Shown one piece after another: positions 1 to 7,014 of a DNA stretch of 29,452 nt. Below the pieces are notes generated by a model. That model saw only the letters and a program-made list of their open reading frames with translations. It ran no database searches and was not told the origin of the DNA. The stretch comes from a virus. Lineage: Duplodnaviria > Caudoviricetes. The position numbers and the translations under genes are program-made. The stretch covers positions 1 through 29,452 of IMG/VR virus record IMGVR_UViG_3300046009_001082; one strand, 5' to 3'. Position 1 is the first letter of the stretch; every line of letters starts with the position of its first letter.

Positions 1-1125
1 GGATCTTTTTCTTAAATCAGGAGCTGTTTCAAAATCATTATTCATTGTCCAACCATAACCTTGTGGAGATTGTTCATCGCCTGCAAGAAATCTAGTATCT
101 CTTAAAATAGCTTTAGATTTTTCTGGGTTCCAATCTTGAAAATTTGTATTATAAATATCTTGGTCACCTATAAATTCTCCCATCTCTCCTGTATCAGGAT
201 TGTTCCAATAGGTTCTACTAGCATCGTTTTCTCCACTAAATAAACTAGCTCTTGCTTCTTCTGGGCTATTATACATAGTAGCATTTATAGCACTTGCAGG
301 ATATTGGTATCGTCTGTCACTAGTATCTTGTATATTATTAGGATTAGTAACTTGAAAAGAAAACTGAGGTTCATCACCAGGACCTCCGTAAGCCATCATG
401 TTACCACCGTTAGCATACATCATACCTCCATTACGCATCATACCCATTTGTTGCATCATAGCTGCATCTCCAGTAGCTGCACCTTGTTGCTCCATAGCTT
501 GTTGCTCCATCATTGCCATTTCTTCAGGACTCATTTGTTCAGGAGTACCTTGAGCCATATTAGGGTCCATAGGTGGTTGCATAGGTGGTTGGCCTTCTTG
601 ACCTTGTCCCATCATACTAGCTAAAGCATTTGGGTCTAGAGCCATAATCTCATCAATCTTTTTTTGTACTTCTTGTTGTTTATGAAACTCTTGAGCTTCT
701 TTTAACTTAGCTAAGCTACGTTCTGTGTCAGCCATTTCAATAGTATCATTCTCTCTTCTAGAATTTGGTTTATCCATTTTCTTAGAAGCCTCTGCAAAAG
801 TTTTACCAACAAAAGATTTAGGCAAGTTAAACTGAGCTACTGTTACAGCATCTACTTTTAACTGGTCAGAAAAGATATAATTTTCTTTATTTAATTTAGT
901 TTCACCTTGTTCTACTAGATTAGTTTGTCCATTAGGACTAGTACCTTGAGGAATGCCTCCTATTGGATTTTCTTCGTGAGAACCTCCTTCAGTAAACTCT
1001 GTAAGTTGATCCATCACTCCTCCACCTGCATAGATATTTCCTCCGTATTTCATTTGAGAAATAATTTTAGATTGTACACTTTGAGGTAGTGCTCTAAATC
1101 CTGGATTGTTAATTCCTTTATTCAT
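1..1125 (-). CDS. crAss-type cargo/internal virion protein, 3' end runs off the window (not in ORF track)
   Basis: Hand translation from ATG at 1125 stays open to position 1 (375 codons): MNKGINNPGFRALPQSVQSKIISQMKYGGNIYAGGGVMDQLTEFTEGGSHEENPIGGIPQG...LVEQGETK...YIFSDQL...GKTFAEASKK. The GGSHEENP/VExGET/YIFSD/KTFAEASK block resembles the conserved protein encoded downstream of the tail stabilisation gene in crAss-like phages. An M/Q/P-rich low-complexity region follows. Confidence 0.8.
   Translation of the reverse strand, partial: MNKGINNPGFRALPQSVQSKIISQMKYGGNIYAGGGVMDQLTEFTEGGSHEENPIGGIPQGTSPNGQTNLVEQGETKLNKENYIFSDQLKVDAVTVAQFNLPKSFVGKTFAEASKKMDKPNSRRENDTIEMADTERSLAKLKEAQEFHKQQEVQKKIDEIMALDPNALASMMGQGQEGQPPMQPPMDPNMAQGTPEQMSPEEMAMMEQQAMEQQGAATGDAAMMQQMGMMRNGGMMYANGGNMMAYGGPGDEPQFSFQVTNPNNIQDTSDRRYQYPASAINATMYNSPEEARASLFSGENDASRTYWNNPDTGEMGEFIGDQDIYNTNFQDWNPEKSKAILRDTRFLAGDEQSPQGYGWTMNNDFETAPDLRKRS
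382..438 (-). repeat. Three in-frame xxxGG units with an exact 21-nt (7-aa) period: MRNGG-MM-YANGG-NM-MAYGG
   Basis: Units at 424-438, 403-417 and 382-396. Confidence 0.75.
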
Positions 1126-1167
1126 GGTAAAATTTTTATAAAATTATAATTTTTTATTCAATTAATC

Positions 1168-2025
1168 TTATTTATTTCCAAAGAACATTGATTTTCCTGA
1201 ACCAAACCAACCTTTAGGTGCAGTCATCTTTTCAGGAGTAATTATCGCCTCTGTTAGTTGGTCTTCAATTCCTTGTTGTTGCTTAGATAGTTTTAAATCA
1301 TCCATACCTACCATACTACTACTTTGGTAAGGAGCTTTGTTTATTTCAGGATAAATGTTTAGTTTGCTGTAAGCATTGAAAGGTAATACAGACGGTTGTT
1401 GTATTTCTTCAGGTGTTACTTGTTGCATTCCCATAGTAGATTTTTGAGCAGTCCATTGTGCTAATAATTCAGGATTACTTTTTTTAAGTCTGTTGGGAAT
1501 ACTTTCAACCATCTTCATCGTATTAGCAACATAGTTAGATTCGTTACCTGCGTAACCTGCTCTAGCAACTGCTTCTAAATGTTCTTTAGCATTTGTTGCT
1601 TTAAACACACCGTTTTTTCTGTACCTAGAGTTTTCTATATAAAAGTTTACTTGTGCGTCTAGTCCTTCTTCAGGAGTGTCGTAGACACGCCACAAAGCTG
1701 CTTTACCATCTCCAGCAGTCATCGTAGTACTTTTACCTTTCCAAGTACCTCCAGCTTTTAGTCCTCCAAAATTATTATATTTAGAACTTAAACCTGAAGT
1801 AAGATTGCCACTCTCAAACATTATTTGAGCAGTAATTCCTAAAGCATCTAAGTTTTCTCCAGGAGCTAGTGCACCAGATTCTTTTGCTTTTGCTATACTT
1901 TTAGAAACATAATCGTAAACTAGTTTAGTACGGTCTTCTACACTTAACCCTTTTATACCATCATTAGGTGGGTCTTGCATTTGCAACTCTTGCAATTTGT
2001 TTGCGTATAATTCAGCTAGTCTCAT
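1168..2025 (-). CDS. Virion-associated peptidoglycan hydrolase, GH73 (glucosaminidase/FlgJ-like)
   Basis: AQIMFESG (catalytic Glu), NNFGGLKA, WRVYDTPEEG and AGYAGN (variant of GYATD). The C-terminal tail is Q/P-rich and probably disordered. Confidence 0.85.
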   Translation of the reverse strand: MRLAELYANKLQELQMQDPPNDGIKGLSVEDRTKLVYDYVSKSIAKAKESGALAPGENLDALGITAQIMFESGNLTSGLSSKYNNFGGLKAGGTWKGKSTTMTAGDGKAALWRVYDTPEEGLDAQVNFYIENSRYRKNGVFKATNAKEHLEAVARAGYAGNESNYVANTMKMVESIPNRLKKSNPELLAQWTAQKSTMGMQQVTPEEIQQPSVLPFNAYSKLNIYPEINKAPYQSSSMVGMDDLKLSKQQQGIEDQLTEAIITPEKMTAPKGWFGSGKSMFFGNK

Positions 2026-2029
2026 AGTC

Positions 2030-5000
2030 TTAGTATTCTTGAATGTTAGAAGGATAGAATCTAGTTAAAGGACCTCCGTATTTCTTTTGGCTAATTTTAC
2101 CTTGTGCCAGCATTTCTTCAGTAGGAGCCTTACCTGAACCTTTGTTAGCTCTAATGTTGTCCCATAATCCACGTTGAGAATAAGAACCGTCTGCACGTTT
2201 AATCATTTGTCCTCCGTTACCGTAGTAAGTACCGTTTTCAAATACATCGTACATGCTGTAATCCATGTGTCCACCGTTAGCGTAGTACTCATCTAAACTA
2301 GAACCGTAACCACTTGCTAAGAATCCTCCACCTGCTTTTTCTATTGTAGTTGGAACAATTGGGGCAGGTTGCATTTGTTCTAACTGTTTATTGTAAGCTC
2401 TTCTGTTAAAAATATCTTGTATAGAACTGTAACCTTTTTGGAACTCTACAGGTCTTCCTTCTTCTTTTGCTCTTTCTAATTCTCCTTGTACTAAATTACC
2501 TTCTTCGTCAAAAGTATTTTCGTAGTAGTTAGGATTGTAGCCAGTAACACCTTGTACTATTTTAGCTATAGGACTAGGATATTGAGTAGCATCTATATCA
2601 CTGATTACAGGAAATGCTAACTGCGTACTTTTACCTTTTTTAAACATAGGTTGATAACCCCATCTAGAAGGCTTGTTCATCTTAGGCAAGTTAAAACTTT
2701 TAGAACGAGCCATATCAAAATCTACATCTATACCTGGCCATTGTGGATACTCAGGACTGTAACTAGGATATTGAACTCCTTCTTGTTCCATACTACCTTC
2801 ATCAATAGTAATAGGGTAAGAAGGATTTTCTTGGCTAGCTACACTACTATTGTTTTCAATGTTTGCAGTATTATTTATTGTATTAGCTAGTATAGAGTTG
2901 TTAATTGCAATTTTTTGATTCAACTGCTCATTAGTTAATAACTTACCAGGAGTATCTTGAATTAAAGGAACTGCAGGAACTATAGGTTGTTGTACAATTG
3001 GTGGTATATTAACAGGTTGTACAGGTTGTACAGGCATTGCTGGTTGCATAGGTGCTTGAGCAACTACAGGCGGTTGTACAGGTGCGTAAGAACTAACAAA
3101 TGTTTGTAGTTTAGCAGGGTCAGCTTTCTTTATTCTATTAGGAATAGAGTTAGCCATCTGCATTACTTGTCTTGCATACTTCTTTTCATTGCCAGCATAG
3201 CCAGCATTTTGTACTAGTTGAGCATGTTCTTGAGCACTCTTTGCATTAAGTACTCCTGCTTTTCTATATCTAGGATTGTCTAAGTAAAAATTAATTTGGT
3301 CTCTTAACCCTTCTTCAGGTGTATCGTAAACTCTCCATTTAGATTTTACAGTCTCACCAGAAGCATTCATTCCTACGTATTTACCTCCTCGTTTAATATA
3401 AGAGTCATTTGCTTTTAACCCACCAAAGTTATTATACTTTTGAGTTAAACCTGATTTACCGTTTCCTGATTCTAATAGTATCTGAGCGGTTACACCCATT
3501 GCATTTAAATCTTCTCCTTCTCTAATCTTACCTGATGCTTTAGCTTCTTCTATTAGTTTAACAACTGTGTCATAGATGTACGCAGTCATATCATTAGTAC
3601 TTAACTTAGGTAGCTTAGGTTTAACTGGCATTGGGTCGCCTGCTCCATCTAAATCTCCTCCTGTAGCAAAGGGTAAAGCTGTAGTATCTCTGTAAATAGG
3701 AGTACCTTGAGATTGATAATAAGTAGGTATGTTTGGTGCTAGACTTCCTCCGTATTTTTTTTCTTGACTTAATGCTCCTACTCCTAATCCAACTGGTACA
3801 GCATAAGGTAATACACTTTTATAAATATTAGGATTAGTCATATCAAACATTCCGTTGTTACCTACAGCTGATTTAAGTTTTCTATTTGTAGGAAAAACTA
3901 ATTCATCTGCTTGATTCCAAGGACTAACTCTTTCTATTCCCCGTGTTTGGTTTCTAATAGCTACATCGTAATCTAACATTTGCTCTTCTAAAGGAACATC
4001 ACCTCGCCAATCCTTTTGTCTATGAAAGTTAAATAAATCATATTCTTTTTTCTGATTAATCAAATCTTCAGCACTTATAGGATTATTACCCTGACCATAT
4101 AATTCGTAAACAGTGGGTTCATAATTACCGTCTTTATGAATACTTTTTGAAGACAAAGAATAACTACTTGCTTTATTTTTATTAGGTGTTGTGTATATAC
4201 CTCTACCTGAATATCCACTATCGCCTAATTGAAATTTAGATTCATCAAAAGTATCAAACTTTTTAGCAGAACCATGATATTGAATAGTAGGACTACCATC
4301 AGGATTTACTAATTTAGAATTACCAAAAGCATTTTTAAAGTTTTGACTATTTTGTTGTACAAATTGTTCAGGTGTTCCTTGAAAAGCAGAACCGTCAGGA
4401 TTTTTCATCCATGTACCATTAGCTTTAGTTTGTTGTTCTATAGCATTGTATTCTTGCATCAATGGTGCATTTTCAGGAATTTCTTTATTCCAGCTAGCCC
4501 AATCTATTTCTGATTTAAAAGAATCTACAGAGCTTTTAGATTTTTTTCCAATAGGTTTTACAATAATATTTTCAAAACCTCCTTCATTACTTTTACCTAT
4601 TACTTTGTATCCTTCAGGTACATTACCAAATATTTCTCTTTCTACTCTCCTATTTATATTATCTGTAACTAATCTTGGGTCTGTGTAATCAATTGCGTGA
4701 AACCCTTCTGCTTCTTTAACGTATTTACTAGGTATAATAACTCTTTGCTTTCCTCTATTTTCAAATCCTATTGTAGCACCGTCACCTAAACTCCAAGACC
4801 TTTGGCTAGGATATGTAATTTTTTGACCATACTTTGTAGGTAATTTAGGATTTGCTCCTGGTGATACATAATAATTATTAATTCTTGTTAAAGGCTGATT
4901 AGCTTGACTTAAATCAGCAGAACTTGTTTGAGTAATATTATCAAGTATTTTACGATACTCTTGATTACTGTTAACAGAGTAAGGAGTGTTTAAATACTTT

Positions 5001-7012
5001 TTTAGTACTTCTGCTTCTTGATCTGTTAATGCTCTTGAATTTTTAATAGCTTCTGCATCAGCTAAAGATTTTTCTACTTTCCAAGCAATAGGTAACGCAC
5101 TATTTCCTGTTGCAACTTGATTGTAACCTTTTTGTAAATACTTACCTGCATCTACTACATCATCTAAAACATTAGTTCCAACTAAAGGAATAGGTGCTAA
5201 ATCTAAAGCAGCCATTCCTAAATTCCCAGCCATATCTGCATATTGACCTTGTTGATAATTTCTATAAGCAGCAGGAAGAGTATTAGTAGCTGCATCATAA
5301 ACACCATAGCCAGTTAGTCCTGCTTGTACAAGAGGATTTGCTAAAACTGCTGGAGCAAATGGAGCTAGTGGTGCGGCTACAGCAACACCTTGAGCTACTT
5401 TAGCTACATTAAGAGGATTGTCCATCCATCTACCGTCTCCATACCAAGACTTTGTTAAATTCTGTTGGTCTTCTGCAGTTGTTTTTGTTGCTTCTCTATC
5501 ATAAAATTTTCCATAGTTATCATAGAAATCTTTAAAACTTGCATCTGATATTTTACCTTGACTGTATAAATCTCTTAAAGCATCTACTCCTTGAGCAGAC
5601 ATTACATCTTTTACTTTAGCATCTTTCCAATTTTCTGAGTCTTTTTTCTTTAATACATTTAAAGCTTTTTGTGCTCGGTCAAAAGATTTTTTTTCTTTTT
5701 CTAACTCTTGTTTGTAAGATATTACTTGTTGCGTTAAAGATGGAATAGAACTTGTACCTTCTAAAGATTGTCTTTGACGTTCTAATCCTAAACTAGTTCT
5801 GTAATTATTATAAGCATTTTTAGCTTGTTCTACTTTTTGAAATAAGTTACCTTGAAGTTTTCTTTTACCTTCATCACCATAAACTGATTGTTCAGGTAAA
5901 TTAACATCTTTTATACAATTTTTACCATCCCAAACATATCCTTCAGGGCAGCCACTACCGCCTTCAGCCATTGTTCTTATAGTACCTCCTAAAGCAAAAC
6001 CATCATAACTATCTTCCGTAGGAATGTAAGATTTATTTTGCCAAGGAAATTCTTGTAGTTCGTCCGCACGTATATCTTGATTAATAAATCTAGGGTCAAC
6101 TTTTAAAATAGGTTTACCCCATTCATCTCTTCTAGCTTTAAACTCTTCTACAGTCTCATCGTAAGTACCTAATAAACTTTTACCTCCTGGAGATAGTTCA
6201 GGTAATCTTTGTGCATAAGTGGTGTCTCCTTGTAAAGGTAGTGGGTTTTCAGGATAAGGTATAGGGTTACGTTTAAAAGAGGGTAAGTTATCTTTTATTC
6301 TATGTAAAGGCATTTTTACTCCTAAGTGTGCTCCAAAAGTAGGCTTGAATTTTAAATTTTCTGAAGAGTTGTCTTTAATAGTACCTGGTGCTATAGGAGA
6401 GTTTATGCTTGATACAGCACCTTCTTCGTAAACAGTAGCTGTATCTTCTACTTCTTTTGCTTTACCAGTAGCAGGTGCGAAGTTTAAATTAGCTCCACCA
6501 AATACAGTAAACGGTGCTTTGTTGCCAAACTTAGGTCTCCATTCAAAATCTCCCCTAGCACCATACATCAAGAAGTCTTCAGCATTACCACCAGCATAAG
6601 GCATTAAACTGCCTGCAAATTTTCCAGGTTTTATTTCTCCTTTACGTCTGTTCTTAGCTCCAAAGTGAAATTGATAACCTGCATCCCAACCTAATACAGC
6701 ACCTTTTAATCTTTTAGCATCACTATTATATCCAGCACCTAAATTTACAACAGCATTTGCTGTGTGTTTTGGATTAGCCATTCCTCTATAACTTGCATCT
6801 AGTCCACCTGTCAAAGCAGTTCTTCCTGCAGGTGCGTTATAATTATAACCAATGTGAGGTTTTAAAGTCCATTCTTTCTTTTTACCATAGGTTCCTTCTA
6901 AACCTAATTCCATACTTGTTGTATTAAAACCTAACCCTGTAGTAGGATTAGTGTAAAGAGGTTGTAAGGTTAGGAAAGGATTTTTAGGCTTAAGTTTTTT
7001 AGGTATATCCAT
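2030..7012 (-). CDS. Large multidomain cargo/ejection protein: beta-barrel-like N-terminus, hydrophobic hairpin, R-S-E ART-like domain, ART-PolyVal-like domain, GH73 muramidase
   Basis: 1660 aa, directly after the muzzle gene. GH73 motifs AQILLESG/NNFGGLKA/AGYAGN at ~3130-3600. YHGS...GRGIYTT...LKSAVGNNGMFD at ~3815-4510. PLTR...RSWS...VEREI at ~4550-5030. Alternating Gly/aromatic strands at ~6310-6975. Confidence 0.75.
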   Translation of the reverse strand: MDIPKKLKPKNPFLTLQPLYTNPTTGLGFNTTSMELGLEGTYGKKKEWTLKPHIGYNYNAPAGRTALTGGLDASYRGMANPKHTANAVVNLGAGYNSDAKRLKGAVLGWDAGYQFHFGAKNRRKGEIKPGKFAGSLMPYAGGNAEDFLMYGARGDFEWRPKFGNKAPFTVFGGANLNFAPATGKAKEVEDTATVYEEGAVSSINSPIAPGTIKDNSSENLKFKPTFGAHLGVKMPLHRIKDNLPSFKRNPIPYPENPLPLQGDTTYAQRLPELSPGGKSLLGTYDETVEEFKARRDEWGKPILKVDPRFINQDIRADELQEFPWQNKSYIPTEDSYDGFALGGTIRTMAEGGSGCPEGYVWDGKNCIKDVNLPEQSVYGDEGKRKLQGNLFQKVEQAKNAYNNYRTSLGLERQRQSLEGTSSIPSLTQQVISYKQELEKEKKSFDRAQKALNVLKKKDSENWKDAKVKDVMSAQGVDALRDLYSQGKISDASFKDFYDNYGKFYDREATKTTAEDQQNLTKSWYGDGRWMDNPLNVAKVAQGVAVAAPLAPFAPAVLANPLVQAGLTGYGVYDAATNTLPAAYRNYQQGQYADMAGNLGMAALDLAPIPLVGTNVLDDVVDAGKYLQKGYNQVATGNSALPIAWKVEKSLADAEAIKNSRALTDQEAEVLKKYLNTPYSVNSNQEYRKILDNITQTSSADLSQANQPLTRINNYYVSPGANPKLPTKYGQKITYPSQRSWSLGDGATIGFENRGKQRVIIPSKYVKEAEGFHAIDYTDPRLVTDNINRRVEREIFGNVPEGYKVIGKSNEGGFENIIVKPIGKKSKSSVDSFKSEIDWASWNKEIPENAPLMQEYNAIEQQTKANGTWMKNPDGSAFQGTPEQFVQQNSQNFKNAFGNSKLVNPDGSPTIQYHGSAKKFDTFDESKFQLGDSGYSGRGIYTTPNKNKASSYSLSSKSIHKDGNYEPTVYELYGQGNNPISAEDLINQKKEYDLFNFHRQKDWRGDVPLEEQMLDYDVAIRNQTRGIERVSPWNQADELVFPTNRKLKSAVGNNGMFDMTNPNIYKSVLPYAVPVGLGVGALSQEKKYGGSLAPNIPTYYQSQGTPIYRDTTALPFATGGDLDGAGDPMPVKPKLPKLSTNDMTAYIYDTVVKLIEEAKASGKIREGEDLNAMGVTAQILLESGNGKSGLTQKYNNFGGLKANDSYIKRGGKYVGMNASGETVKSKWRVYDTPEEGLRDQINFYLDNPRYRKAGVLNAKSAQEHAQLVQNAGYAGNEKKYARQVMQMANSIPNRIKKADPAKLQTFVSSYAPVQPPVVAQAPMQPAMPVQPVQPVNIPPIVQQPIVPAVPLIQDTPGKLLTNEQLNQKIAINNSILANTINNTANIENNSSVASQENPSYPITIDEGSMEQEGVQYPSYSPEYPQWPGIDVDFDMARSKSFNLPKMNKPSRWGYQPMFKKGKSTQLAFPVISDIDATQYPSPIAKIVQGVTGYNPNYYENTFDEEGNLVQGELERAKEEGRPVEFQKGYSSIQDIFNRRAYNKQLEQMQPAPIVPTTIEKAGGGFLASGYGSSLDEYYANGGHMDYSMYDVFENGTYYGNGGQMIKRADGSYSQRGLWDNIRANKGSGKAPTEEMLAQGKISQKKYGGPLTRFYPSNIQEY

Positions 7013-7014
7013 TG

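Noticed and set aside
480-595. Short direct repeats (QPPM x2, MEQQ x2), and PVQ repeats near 3010-3080
   Set aside because: These are in-frame low-complexity coding repeats with no spacers. They are not a CRISPR array or a DGR template/variable pair.
304-624. His-rich 106-aa plus-strand ORF
   Set aside because: It is the antisense shadow of the Met/Gln-rich region of the real minus-strand gene at 1..1125 (ATG reads as CAT).
2030-7012. 1660-aa protein as the crAss virion RNA polymerase
   Set aside because: No DxDxD catalytic motif context is present and the recognisable domains are ART-like and GH73. Any polymerase gene would lie beyond the left edge.
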